Of a stretch of 64,000 bases of DNA, positions 26,487 through 36,157 are shown piece after piece. The position numbers and the translations under genes were made by a program. This stretch comes from Acidimicrobiales bacterium (lineage in GTDB: Bacteria; Actinomycetota; Acidimicrobiia; Acidimicrobiales; SZUA-35), in assembly GCA_965216685.1 (NCBI GenBank), contig OZ244195.1, forward strand, positions 4,896,673 through 4,960,672. The letters run 5' to 3'. The notes below the pieces were generated by a model. That model made no database searches. It was not told the DNA's origin and was given only the letters and a program-made list of their open reading frames with translations. Positions within the stretch are counted from its first letter, which is position 1; the number at the start of each line of letters is the position of its first letter.

Positions 26487-27380
26487 CTACAGATAGTGGG
26501 CCACAGCCTCGGCGGTGGCGGCCACGTAGGGTCCCCCGAACTTGATGGCGTGAACGGTGAGTGGCGCGAGCTGATACAGGAGCACCCGATCGGCGTGGCC
26601 CGAGGCCAAGGGCCAAACATCGTCGTAGGCGGCAAAGGCGGCCTCGGCGAAGCCACCAAACAGCCTCATCATGGCCAGATCGAATTCACGGTGGCCGCCG
26701 AAGCAGGCCGGATCGATCAACCAGCTTTGGCCGCCGCTGTCGATCAGCCGGTTGCCGGCCCACAGATCGCCGTGGAGCCGGGCCGCCGGTTCGTCGGGCC
26801 CGACCAGCTCGGCCAGCCGCCCGGCGATCCGCTCCAGTCCGGTCACCGTGGCCGACGGCAGAGCGTAGGCCTCGGTGGCCAGGCGGGCCAGAGGCAGTAG
26901 ACGTCGGGTGGCGTAGAAGTCGGTCCAGGTCTCACAGGGGTCGTTGGGCAACCGCCGACTTCCCGTGGTTCGGCCGTCGGCCCGTCCGAAGCAGGGTGCA
27001 CCAAAGCGGTGCAGTCGGGCCAGGTCACGCCCGAACGCCACCTCCCCGTCGCTCGAGTGCCGGGTCGGGCCGCCCACCGGGATCCACTCCAGGACCAGTA
27101 CCGGGGGATCGTCGGCCACCGCCAACACCGACGGCACCTTGACCGCTCCCGGCTCGCCGAGCCAGCTCAGGCCGGTGGCCTCGGTGGTGAAGAACCCCGG
27201 TGGCGGTGCGGCGTGGGTCTTGGCGAAGACCCGCCGACCGTCGGTCAGATCGATGGCGTAGGAGTGGGCCACGTCGCCACCGCTCAGCCGTCGGGTGACC
27301 TCGACCGGACCGATCTGTTCGGAAACGAATTCACGGGTTCGCTGCTCCAACGACGCGGACACCCCTTGGAGGGTACGCAT
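26487..27380 (-). CDS. Fructosamine/ketosamine-3-kinase-family protein (phosphotransferase fold).
   Basis: SGGDVAHSY, FAKTH, FTTEATGLSWL, LHGDLWAGN, LIDPACFGGHREFDLAM. The start at 27380 has GGAGG directly abutting it, so the exact start is uncertain. Confidence 0.75.
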   Translation of the reverse strand: MRTLQGVSASLEQRTREFVSEQIGPVEVTRRLSGGDVAHSYAIDLTDGRRVFAKTHAAPPPGFFTTEATGLSWLGEPGAVKVPSVLAVADDPPVLVLEWIPVGGPTRHSSDGEVAFGRDLARLHRFGAPCFGRADGRTTGSRRLPNDPCETWTDFYATRRLLPLARLATEAYALPSATVTGLERIAGRLAELVGPDEPAARLHGDLWAGNRLIDSGGQSWLIDPACFGGHREFDLAMMRLFGGFAEAAFAAYDDVWPLASGHADRVLLYQLAPLTVHAIKFGGPYVAATAEAVAHYL

Positions 27381-27391
27381 CCTCCCCGAGT

Positions 27392-27449
27392 TTCGTCTTC
27401 TGGCCTTGATTTCCTCCGGTTTTCCGGAGGAAATCAAGGCCAGAACGAA
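27392..27449. repeat. Long perfect hairpin / inverted repeat between divergent genes.
   Basis: TTCTGGCCTTGATTTCCTCCGG-tttt-CCGGAGGAAATCAAGGCCAGAA is a perfect 22-bp stem at 27398..27445. An outer TTCG/CGAA pairing follows a 2-nt bulge. Confidence 0.8.
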
Positions 27450-27478
27450 TGCGGATCGGCCCGGGTAGCTTGCAGAGT

Positions 27479-28480
27479 ATGCGAGTCTTCGTCACCCACA
27501 ATCCCGAGGATCTGGAGGCCTATTTCGGTCGGGCCCTCCCCGAACTCAGGGCGATCTCCGGTGTTGAGGTGGTGCTGAACCCCGAAAATCGTGATCTGAC
27601 CCCACCGGAACTGATCGATGTCGCCGCCGACTGCCATGTGATCATCGCTCACCGGTCGACGCCGGGCGAACCCGAACTCTTCGCCGCCTCACAGGAACTG
27701 CTGGCCTTCCTGCGCTGCGCCGTTGACATCTCCACCATCGACGTCGACGCTGCCTCAACCCAAGGAGTGCTCGTCGGTCACGCCGACAAATCCTTCATCG
27801 CATCAACAGCCGAGTTGGCCCTGGGTCTACTTCTGGCGGTGTCGCGGTCGATTGCCGAGTCGACGGTCGACTACCGCCAAGGCCACGAGCCGCCACAGCG
27901 ACCTGGTCGACAGCTCAGAGGCCGTACTGCCGGCATCATCGGCTATGGCTCGATCGGCCGCTATCTGACCGAACTCCTGGTGGCGATCGGCCTCGATGTG
28001 GTGGTGCACGACCCCAACGTGGAAGTCGAACCCGATGGTTCAAGACAAACCGACCTGGCCGAGCTTCTCAGCAACAGTGACGTGGTGTTCCCATTGGCAC
28101 CGGCGGACCCCTCCACTCTGGATCTCATCGACGCCGCGGCTCTGGCCCTCATGCCTCCCGGAGCGATCCTGATCAATGTGTCGCGTGGCGAGCTGGTCAA
28201 CGAGGACGCAGTGGCCGCTGCCCTTGACTCCGGCCACCTTGGTGGCCTTGGCATCGATGTCGGACGGGCCAATGATCAGCGACCTTCGATGCAACTGGCT
28301 GGTCGGCCAGGGGTGGTCGCCACCCCTCACCTCGGGGGCCTCACCCCTGAGAACGCCGACGCTCAGGCGTCGAGTGCAGTCGAGCAGGTGGCAGCAATGA
28401 TGAAGCGGCAGATGCCGCCGCGCACGGTCAACGCCGGTTCGGCCCACCGGTTGGAGAGCTACTGGGAGGCCTCACCGTGA
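27479..28480 (+). CDS. D-isomer-specific 2-hydroxyacid dehydrogenase family protein.
   Basis: Trimmed to MRVFVTH. NAD fold is GRTAGIIGYGSIGRYLTELL. Other motifs: NVSRGELV and ATPHLGG. Confidence 0.8.
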   Translation: MRVFVTHNPEDLEAYFGRALPELRAISGVEVVLNPENRDLTPPELIDVAADCHVIIAHRSTPGEPELFAASQELLAFLRCAVDISTIDVDAASTQGVLVGHADKSFIASTAELALGLLLAVSRSIAESTVDYRQGHEPPQRPGRQLRGRTAGIIGYGSIGRYLTELLVAIGLDVVVHDPNVEVEPDGSRQTDLAELLSNSDVVFPLAPADPSTLDLIDAAALALMPPGAILINVSRGELVNEDAVAAALDSGHLGGLGIDVGRANDQRPSMQLAGRPGVVATPHLGGLTPENADAQASSAVEQVAAMMKRQMPPRTVNAGSAHRLESYWEASP

Positions 28481-29307
28481 CCGATGATTCGCTGCCTGAG
28501 AACGCCTGCGACACCCACGTTCATTTCTACAACCACCGCTACCCCACCAGCGCCGACTCGGTGCTCTTTCCCCCCGATGCCGCAGTGGCCGACTACCGCC
28601 GGCTGCAGCAGGAGCTTGGGCTGCATCGAGTGGTGGTTGTTCAACCGACAACGTACGGGGTCGACAACTCCTGTCAGCTGGACGCCATGGCTGAGCTTGG
28701 ATCCACGGCACGAGGAGTCATGGTGATCAAGGCCACCACCCCGGCCGGCGAGCTGAGGCGGTTGGAAGCCATCGGCACCCGGGGTGCCCGTTTCCACATG
28801 CTGCCCGGTGGGGCGGTGGCCTGGGCCGACCTCGAGCCGGTGGCGGCTGCCATCAGGCCATTGGGCTGGCACATCCAGCTTCAGTTCAACGGCAACGAGT
28901 TGGCCGACCGGTTCGATCGGCTCATGGCTCTACCGACCGACCTGGTGATCGACCACGTCGGCCGCTTCATGCCACCTCCGGCTGGTCCCAATCCGACCGG
29001 CGATCCAAACTTCGGGGCCTTGCTGCGCATGGTCGACAGCGGCAAGGTCTGGGTCAAGATCTCCGCCCCCTACGAGTCGTCGCGCTACGGCCCACCCGAG
29101 TACGGCGATGTCTCGCCGCTCGTCGCCCATCTGGTGAAGGAAGCCCCGGAGCGCCTGCTATGGGCCAGCAACTGGCCCCATCCCGGCCAACCCAACCCGC
29201 CTACCGCCTCCGACCTCGCAGAGCTGGCAAGACGTTGGATTCCGGTCGAACACCGACGGCGAATACTGGTCGACAACCCGGCCCGGCTCTATGGTTTCGA
29301 TTCATGA
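28477..29307 (+). CDS. Amidohydrolase-2 family protein (LigI / lactonase-like).
   Basis: GTGA overlap start. Motifs: ACDTHVHFY, VVVVQPT, DHVGRF, WASNWPHP. Confidence 0.75.
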   Translation: MTDDSLPENACDTHVHFYNHRYPTSADSVLFPPDAAVADYRRLQQELGLHRVVVVQPTTYGVDNSCQLDAMAELGSTARGVMVIKATTPAGELRRLEAIGTRGARFHMLPGGAVAWADLEPVAAAIRPLGWHIQLQFNGNELADRFDRLMALPTDLVIDHVGRFMPPPAGPNPTGDPNFGALLRMVDSGKVWVKISAPYESSRYGPPEYGDVSPLVAHLVKEAPERLLWASNWPHPGQPNPPTASDLAELARRWIPVEHRRRILVDNPARLYGFDS

Positions 29308-30098
29308 ATCCCGCCAGGCAGGATCCCGACCCGAGTTACGCCACCTACCCGTCCCTCAACGACCGCACCGTGTTCATCACCGGCGGGGCCGACGGCATCG
29401 GCGCCGCCCTGGTCGAACAGTTCGCCGCCCAGGGCAGCATCGTCGGATTTGCCGACGTCAACGATACGAAGGCGGCCGAGACTCTCGATCGCTGTGCCGC
29501 CATCGAGCCCCGACATCAGCCTCGCTTCTACCCCGTCGACCTGGTCGACGTGGCCGCCCTTCAATCGGTGATGCAGCAGGCCCTGAGCGACCTTGGTGGC
29601 ATCACGGTTCTTGTCAACAACGCGGCGTCGGACGACCGGCACACCTGGGAAGAGATGACCGTCGAGTACTGGAACAACCGCCTCAACACCAATCTCCGCC
29701 ACTACTTCTTCGCCATCCAGGCCGTTGCCCCAGCCATGCTGGCGGCCGAACACGGTTCCATCATCAACATCGGGTCCAGCAGCTACATGATGCAGGAGGA
29801 CTTCTTTCCCGGGTACGCCATCGCCAAATCAGGGGTGGAAGGTATCACCCGGACGCTGGCCCGAACATTCGGTCCCCACAACGTACGGGTCAACACCGTG
29901 CTCCCAGGGTGGGTGGCCACGGAACGGCAACTGGAGAAATGGTGGAGTCCCGAAGGCGAAGCCGGCACCATGCGGGATCAGGCCCTCAAGCGGCGGATCT
30001 ATCCGGCGGAGTTCGCCCAGATGGTCCTGTTCCTGGCCGCCGACGATGGCGCCGCCTGTACGGCCCAACAGTTCCTGGTCGACGGGGGGCGGCGGTGA
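29304..30098 (+). CDS. Short-chain dehydrogenase/reductase (SDR).
   Basis: ATGA overlap start. Motifs: TVFITGGADGIGAAL, NNAA, YAIAKSGV. Confidence 0.85.
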   Translation: MNPARQDPDPSYATYPSLNDRTVFITGGADGIGAALVEQFAAQGSIVGFADVNDTKAAETLDRCAAIEPRHQPRFYPVDLVDVAALQSVMQQALSDLGGITVLVNNAASDDRHTWEEMTVEYWNNRLNTNLRHYFFAIQAVAPAMLAAEHGSIINIGSSSYMMQEDFFPGYAIAKSGVEGITRTLARTFGPHNVRVNTVLPGWVATERQLEKWWSPEGEAGTMRDQALKRRIYPAEFAQMVLFLAADDGAACTAQQFLVDGGRR

Positions 30099-30119
30099 CC
30101 ACCCCAGCGCTGCGGGCTG

Positions 30120-31655
30120 TCAGCGCAGTTCGACACCGTGCTCGGCCAGTGATGGACCAAAGGTATCGTCGGCCAGCATGAGTTCGGCCGCCGCCAACTC
30201 CGGGGCCAGGTAGCGGTCGGGGCCGGGGCCCTCGACCTGGGTCCGCAACTCGGCGATTACGGCCGAGATGGCCGGCGACGATACCAGCGGGGCCCGGAGG
30301 TCGATGGCCCGGGCTCCGACCACCATCTCGACGGCCTGGATCCGTCGCAGGTTGTCGATCACCCGACGCAACTTGCGGACGGCACCCCAAGCCATGGAGA
30401 CGTGATCCTCCTGGAGAGCCGAGGTGGGGAGGGAATCAACCGAGGCTGGAGCGGCCAGCCGACGATTTTCGGCCACCATCGAGGCCGCGGTGTAGTGACC
30501 GATCATGAGACCGCTGTCGACCCCGACCTCGGAGGCCAGGAACGGCGCCAGCCCGTGGCTCCGGTTGTGGTCGAGGAGACGATCGAGACGGCGTTCGGCG
30601 ATGGCCCCGACCTCGGCCAGGGCGATGGCCAGGAAGTCGGCGGCGAAGCCCAGCGGGGCGCCGTGAAAGTTGCCGCACGATTCCACCCGACCATCAGGTA
30701 ACACCATCGGGTTGTCGATGGCGGCCGCCAATTCGTTCTCGGCCACCGTGCGGGCATGGGCCACCGTGTCGCGGGCGGCACCGTGCACTGCCGGGGTGCA
30801 GCGAATGCTGTAGGCGTCCTGCACTCGAGGATCGTCGACCTGGTGGCTGGCCAGGATCTGTGACCCGGACAGCAGCGCCCGCAGATTGGCTGCGCTGTAG
30901 ACCTGGCCCGGTTGGGGGCGCAGCGCCTGAAGATCGTGGGCGAAGGCCCGGTCGGTGGCCAGCAGGCCATCCACCGTCATGGCCGCCGCCAGGTCGGCGG
31001 TGGCGAGCAATCGCTGGGCGTCGTGAACGGCCAGGCAGAGCATGCCCAGGATGCCGTCGGTTCCGTTGATGAGGGCCAAGCCCTCCTTCTCCACCAGATC
31101 GACCGGCCGCAGTCCGGCGTCGGCCAGGGCATCGGCGGCCGGCCGCTGCCGTCCTTCGTGCTCGACTTCACCCTCTCCCAACAGCGCCAAGGCGGCATGG
31201 GCCAAGGGGGCCAGATCGCCGCTGGCCCCCAGACTACCGTACTCCGGCACCACGGGAACGATTCCGGCGTTGAGCAGATCGACGAAAGCCTGGGCCAGCC
31301 GGGGCCGGGTACCGCTGTGACCCATCGTCAGGGTGCGGGCCCTGAGCAGCATCATGGCCCGTACCGCCTCCTCCTCAATGGCCGGACCCATGCCGGCGGC
31401 GTGGGAGCGAATCAGCGCCAACTGCAGGGCTCGGCGACGGTCCGATGGAATGGCGACGGTGGCCAAGGCCCCGAACCCGGTCGAGATACCGTACTTCGGT
31501 TCACCGTCGGCCAGCCGTTCCACGATGGCCCGGGAGGCGGCCATCCGCTCCACGGCGGCCGGCGAGATGGTAACCGGGGCTTGACTGCGAGCCACGGCGA
31601 CAACATCGTCGATGGTGGTGTCGGGCCCGTCAAGTGTCACGGCAGTCGATGTCAC
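30120..31655 (-). CDS. hutH: Histidine ammonia-lyase.
   Basis: MIO-forming GSLGASGDLAPLAH. Other motifs: YGISTGFG and NFHGAPL. GTG start at 31655. Confidence 0.9.
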   Translation of the reverse strand: MTSTAVTLDGPDTTIDDVVAVARSQAPVTISPAAVERMAASRAIVERLADGEPKYGISTGFGALATVAIPSDRRRALQLALIRSHAAGMGPAIEEEAVRAMMLLRARTLTMGHSGTRPRLAQAFVDLLNAGIVPVVPEYGSLGASGDLAPLAHAALALLGEGEVEHEGRQRPAADALADAGLRPVDLVEKEGLALINGTDGILGMLCLAVHDAQRLLATADLAAAMTVDGLLATDRAFAHDLQALRPQPGQVYSAANLRALLSGSQILASHQVDDPRVQDAYSIRCTPAVHGAARDTVAHARTVAENELAAAIDNPMVLPDGRVESCGNFHGAPLGFAADFLAIALAEVGAIAERRLDRLLDHNRSHGLAPFLASEVGVDSGLMIGHYTAASMVAENRRLAAPASVDSLPTSALQEDHVSMAWGAVRKLRRVIDNLRRIQAVEMVVGARAIDLRAPLVSSPAISAVIAELRTQVEGPGPDRYLAPELAAAELMLADDTFGPSLAEHGVELR

Positions 31656-31690
31656 GTTGTGGCCTCACTCATGTCACTCATGTCGCTCAT
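31652..31690 (-). CDS. 12-codon bridging mini-ORF (MSDMSDMSEATT) built on a 3 x 9-bp tandem repeat.
   Basis: Its ATG overlaps the iclR stop (ATGA) and its TGA overlaps the hutH GTG (GTGA). GGAGG lies 7 nt upstream. Whether it is translated is unproven. Confidence 0.3.
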   Translation of the reverse strand: MSDMSDMSEATT

Positions 31691-32376
31691 GTCTCTGCCT
31701 CCTGGGCCCTACCCAGATCGACTGCCATCCGGGCGACTGTAGCGTCGAGGATGTTCTCGATGATCGTCGTTGTCGCCTCGTCCATACGGTGGGCGGGCCC
31801 GATCACCGAAAGTGCGACTTCGAACGGCAGATCTACCAGTGCTGCCCTCGAGACTGCGGTGATGTCGGGTTCAATGGCGCCGGTGCGGACGGCGCAACCG
31901 GTGGGGTCGGCCAGGGCAGCTCCCACCGCAGTGCCGTCGAGGGGCACCGTCTGACCAACCCAGCCGACATGGCGAATGGCCCGCCGACTCTCGGCCGTGG
32001 CCACGTAGGTCGCCACCCGGCCGTCCGACACCACAAGGTAGACAGACTCTCCAGTCGACTCGGCCAGCTCGGACAACAGGGGCTGGGCGATGGCCTTGAG
32101 CCGTTCCATCGGTGCCGCGCCACTGAAACCGGCCGCCAGTCGCCAGATGGTGGGCCCGGCCCGGTAGGCGCTGTCGGCCCCCCGGCTCAGGTAGCCGCGG
32201 GCCTCGAGGGCCCGCAGATGGCGCAGGGCGGTTGACGGATTCAATCCCGCTCGCTCCGCCGCCCCGGTCAGATTGCACCGGCCCTCGGCCAGCACGACTT
32301 CCAGGAGGTCAAGGACCCGGCCGACCGACCGGGGCACTGCAGCGGCCGGACCAGTGTTGGCATCGGCGTTGGTCAT
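31687..32376 (-). CDS. IclR-family transcriptional regulator.
   Basis: HTH RVLDLLEVVLAEGRCNLTGAAERAGLNPSTALRHLRALEARGYL. C-terminal effector domain present. Confidence 0.85.
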   Translation of the reverse strand: MTNADANTGPAAAVPRSVGRVLDLLEVVLAEGRCNLTGAAERAGLNPSTALRHLRALEARGYLSRGADSAYRAGPTIWRLAAGFSGAAPMERLKAIAQPLLSELAESTGESVYLVVSDGRVATYVATAESRRAIRHVGWVGQTVPLDGTAVGAALADPTGCAVRTGAIEPDITAVSRAALVDLPFEVALSVIGPAHRMDEATTTIIENILDATVARMAVDLGRAQEAET

Positions 32377-32390
32377 GAAACGCGCATCCC

Positions 32391-32486
32391 CATCCTTCGT
32401 CGGCTCATCCTTCGCTCAATTTCATCCCAGTTTCATCTCGGTTTCATCTGCTGAAAACATGTTCCGACTGTTGACAATCTAGTCGG
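32391..32486. promoter_or_regulatory. hut divergent control region with direct and inverted repeats.
   Basis: CATCCTTCG occurs twice (32391, 32406). TTTCATC occurs three times with 11-bp phasing (32420, 32431, 32442). CCGACT-N11-AGTCGG (32464..32486) encloses TTGACA. Confidence 0.5.
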
Positions 32487-32548
32487 GCAGCGAACACACT
32501 GCAAGAGACGCTCAATGCCCACTTCACCATCGAAAGGTGGCCTATTCC

Positions 32549-34225
32549 ATGGCTGATATCGGCACACCGGTGACCAACATCCGTGCCCCCCGGGGACCGT
32601 CCCTGACCTGCCGGTCGTGGTCAACCGAGGCCCCCTACCGGATGCTGCAGAACAACCTTGATCCCGAGGTGGCCGAGAATCCGGATCAGCTGGTGGTCTA
32701 CGGCGGCACCGGACGGGCCGCCCGCTCCTGGGACGCCTACCGGACCATGTTGACCACACTGGAGTCGCTGGCCGAGGACGAAACGATGTTGGTGCAGTCG
32801 GGCAAGCCGGTCGGGGTTCTCCGAACTCACGAATGGGCCCCCAGGGTGCTCATCGCCAACTCCAACCTGGTGCCGGACTGGGCCGACTGGGATGAATTCC
32901 GTCGCCTGGAACACCAGGGCCTGACCATGTACGGCCAAATGACGGCCGGATCCTGGATCTATATCGGAACCCAGGGCATCCTACAGGGAACCTACGAGTG
33001 CTTCGCCGAGATCGCCCGTACCCGGTTCGGTGGGAGCCTGGCCGGAACCCTGACCATTACCGCCGGTGCCGGCGGCATGGGCGGGGCCCAACCGCTGGCC
33101 GTGACCATGAACGACGGAGTGGTCCTCATCGTCGATGTCGACCCCCACATGTTGAACCGGCGCGTCGAGCACCGCTACCTCGACGAGGTCGCCCCCGACT
33201 ATGCCTCGGCGGTGGCCCGTGTGAGCGAGGCCAAGTCGGCCCGCCGGCCGCTTTCGGTCGGCCTGGTGGGCAACGCGGCGGAGATCCTGCCCCGTCTGCT
33301 GGCCGACGGCGTCGAGGCCGACATCGTCACCGACCAGACCAGCGCTCACGATCCCCTGTCGTACCTGCCCCAGGATCTGACCCTGGAGGCGGCCGAGACG
33401 CTCCGCCGGGACGACCCCGGCGAGTTCACCCGCCGAGCCCGGGCGGCCATGGCCACCCACTGCGCGGCCATGGTCGGGTTCATGGACGCCGGCGCCGAGG
33501 TGTTCGACTACGGAAACAGCCTGCGAGCCGAGGCCAAACTGGGTGGCTTCGACCGGGCCTTCGACTACCCCGGCTTCCTCCCCGCCTACATCCGTCCCCT
33601 GTTCTGCGAAGGCAAGGGCCCGTTCCGCTGGGTTGCCCTGTCCGGCGATCCGGCCGACATCGCCGCCACCGACCAGGCGGTGCTGGAGGAGTTCCCCGAA
33701 GACGACGCGCTGGCCCGCTGGATCACCATGGCCTCGGAGCGGGTGGCCTTCCAAGGGCTGCCGGCTCGGATCTGCTGGCTGGGCTACGGTGAACGGCATC
33801 GACTGGGACTGCGCTTCAACGAGATGGTGAAATCAGGTCAGCTGAAGGCCCCGGTGGTGATCGGCCGGGACCACCTCGACTCGGGATCGGTGGCCTCGCC
33901 CTACCGGGAAACCGAGGCCATGGCCGACGGCTCCGACGCCATCGCCGACTGGCCGTTGTTGAACGGGCTGGTCAACACCTGCTCCGGAGCCACCTGGGTC
34001 AGCCTCCATCATGGTGGCGGCGTCGGTATCGGCCGCTCGATTCACGCCGGTCAGGTGTCGCTGGCCGATGGAACCGATCTGGCCGCCCAAAAGCTGGAAC
34101 GGGTGTTGACCAACGATCCGGCCACTGGGGTGATCCGCCACGTCGACGCCGGCTATCCCCGGGCTAGCCAGGTGGCGAACGAGCGGGGTGTCGTGGTGCC
34201 CATGACCGACGGCCAAGGAGCCTGA
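32549..34225 (+). CDS. hutU: Urocanate hydratase.
   Basis: [60 protein letters not shown] precedes ATG 32549. Confidence 0.9.
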   Translation: MADIGTPVTNIRAPRGPSLTCRSWSTEAPYRMLQNNLDPEVAENPDQLVVYGGTGRAARSWDAYRTMLTTLESLAEDETMLVQSGKPVGVLRTHEWAPRVLIANSNLVPDWADWDEFRRLEHQGLTMYGQMTAGSWIYIGTQGILQGTYECFAEIARTRFGGSLAGTLTITAGAGGMGGAQPLAVTMNDGVVLIVDVDPHMLNRRVEHRYLDEVAPDYASAVARVSEAKSARRPLSVGLVGNAAEILPRLLADGVEADIVTDQTSAHDPLSYLPQDLTLEAAETLRRDDPGEFTRRARAAMATHCAAMVGFMDAGAEVFDYGNSLRAEAKLGGFDRAFDYPGFLPAYIRPLFCEGKGPFRWVALSGDPADIAATDQAVLEEFPEDDALARWITMASERVAFQGLPARICWLGYGERHRLGLRFNEMVKSGQLKAPVVIGRDHLDSGSVASPYRETEAMADGSDAIADWPLLNGLVNTCSGATWVSLHHGGGVGIGRSIHAGQVSLADGTDLAAQKLERVLTNDPATGVIRHVDAGYPRASQVANERGVVVPMTDGQGA

Positions 34226-34227
34226 CG

Positions 34228-34800
34228 ATGGCGGTACAGGAGATCCTCCAGATCGGGCACCCGGTCCTCCGCCAACCGGCTTCGGCCGTCGACCGGGCTG
34301 ACATAGGCGGCCGCCGGATCCAAGGTTTGATCGACGACCTCATCGACACTATGCATCACGCTAACGGAGCCGGATTGGCCGCACCCCAGATCGGTGTCGG
34401 ATTGCGGGTGGCGGTTATGGAGGTGACCGACAACCCCCGCTACCCCTACAAGCCACCCATCCCGTTGACCGTGGCCATCAACCCGGTCATCACTCCGCTC
34501 GACGACGAAATGGTCGAGATCAACGAGGGATGCTTGTCGGTTCCATTGCGGGGCAACGTCATGCGCCACGTCAACATCGCCGTCAACTACCTGGATCGGG
34601 CCGGTACCGAACAGCAGGCCACGTTGCGGGGTCTGACCGCCGGAACCTGGCAGCACGAGTGCGATCATCTCGATGGTCTCCTGTTCGTCGACCGGGTGGC
34701 CGACACCACGACGTTGACCACCTGGGACGAATTCGAGGCCCATCACCGCGACGCATTTGTCGAACGCATCACCGCCTTCGTCGAGCGCGTCGGATCCTGA
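34228..34800 (+). CDS. def: Peptide deformylase homologue located inside the hut operon.
   Basis: All three PDF motifs are present: GAGLAAPQIG, EGCLSVP and QHECDHLDG. The ATG lies 2 nt after the hutU stop, and the hutF GTG lies 4 nt after its stop. Confidence 0.8.
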   Translation: MAVQEILQIGHPVLRQPASAVDRADIGGRRIQGLIDDLIDTMHHANGAGLAAPQIGVGLRVAVMEVTDNPRYPYKPPIPLTVAINPVITPLDDEMVEINEGCLSVPLRGNVMRHVNIAVNYLDRAGTEQQATLRGLTAGTWQHECDHLDGLLFVDRVADTTTLTTWDEFEAHHRDAFVERITAFVERVGS

Positions 34801-34804
34801 ACCG

Positions 34805-36157
34805 GTGAAGATCTGGTGCGAGCTGGCCCTGGTCGACGGCCGGGTTCAGCCCGGCGTTCAGCTCACGATTGACGGTGGCCGCTATGGGGCTGTCGATGTA
34901 GCGGCCGCCCCTCATGGGGCCGACGAGCGCCGCTCCGGGCTCAGTCTTCCCGGTTTGGCCAACGGTCACAGCCATGCCTTCCACCGGGCTCTTCGGGGAC
35001 ACACTCAGGCCGACCAGGGATCATTCTGGACCTGGCGAAACCTGATGTACCGGGTTGCCGAGCGGCTCGATCCCGACCGCTACCGGCGCCTGGCCCGGGC
35101 CGTCTACGGCGAAATGGCATGCGCCGGGATCAGTGCCGTCGGCGAGTTCCACTACCTGCACCACTCCCCCACCGGTGCTCCCTACAACGACCCCAATGCC
35201 ATGGGCGATGCCTTGATCGAAGCGGCAGCCGAGGCCGGCATCCGATTGACATTACTCGACACCCTCTACCAACACGGCGGCCTCGGCCCCGACGGCTACC
35301 AGCTTCCGGAGGGAGTGCAGCAGCGGTACCGCGACGCCTCGACCGACCATTGGCTGAGCCGGATCGATGGCCGGCAGCCGGCCGACCATGTCCGGTTCGG
35401 GGCCGCGGTGCATTCCGTCCGAGCCGTCGATCCCCACGGTTTGGCCGTGGCCGCCGATTGGGCTCGCCGCCGGGGCGCCCCGTTGCACGCCCATGTTTCC
35501 GAACAGCCGGCCGAGAACGACGCCTGCCAGGCTCACCATGACATGACCCCCAGTTCCCTTCTGGAATCGGCCGGCACACTCGACACGATGTTCACCGCCG
35601 TGCACGCCACCCATTTGACCGAAGACGATATCGAGCTGTTGGGGCGAAGCCGGTCGACGGTCTGCTTCTGCCCGACCACCGAACGCGATCTGGGCGACGG
35701 CATCGGACCCAGTTCCCGGCTGATCGAGGCCGGGGCGCCGTTGTCACTGGGGACCGACTCCCACGCCGTGATCGACATGCTGGAGGAGGCCCGCCTGGTC
35801 GAGCTGCACCAACGGCTGAGCCGCGGTCGGCGGGGGATCCACGGCACGGAGGAGCTGGTGGTAATGGCCACCGTCAACGGGCACCGGTCCCTCGGTTGGA
35901 CCGACGCCGGCGAACTGATCCCCGGAGCTCGGGCCGACCTGGTTACCATCGATCTCACCACTGTCCGGACGGCCGGAGCAGTGAGAGGCGACAACCACGA
36001 CGGCGCGCTGGCCTCCGCCGTCTTCGCCTCCGGAACGGCCGACATCACCGACGTCATGATCGATGGTGTGACCGTGGTATCCGATCGGCGCCATCGATCC
36101 ATCGACGTCGCCCACGAACTCCAGGCCGCCATGACCGAACTCCTCCACCATGACTGA
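34805..36157 (+). CDS. hutF: Formimidoylglutamate deiminase.
   Basis: [64 protein letters not shown]. This matches my memory of the Pseudomonas HutF pattern. Confidence 0.85.
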   Translation: MKIWCELALVDGRVQPGVQLTIDGGRYGAVDVAAAPHGADERRSGLSLPGLANGHSHAFHRALRGHTQADQGSFWTWRNLMYRVAERLDPDRYRRLARAVYGEMACAGISAVGEFHYLHHSPTGAPYNDPNAMGDALIEAAAEAGIRLTLLDTLYQHGGLGPDGYQLPEGVQQRYRDASTDHWLSRIDGRQPADHVRFGAAVHSVRAVDPHGLAVAADWARRRGAPLHAHVSEQPAENDACQAHHDMTPSSLLESAGTLDTMFTAVHATHLTEDDIELLGRSRSTVCFCPTTERDLGDGIGPSSRLIEAGAPLSLGTDSHAVIDMLEEARLVELHQRLSRGRRGIHGTEELVVMATVNGHRSLGWTDAGELIPGARADLVTIDLTTVRTAGAVRGDNHDGALASAVFASGTADITDVMIDGVTVVSDRRHRSIDVAHELQAAMTELLHHD

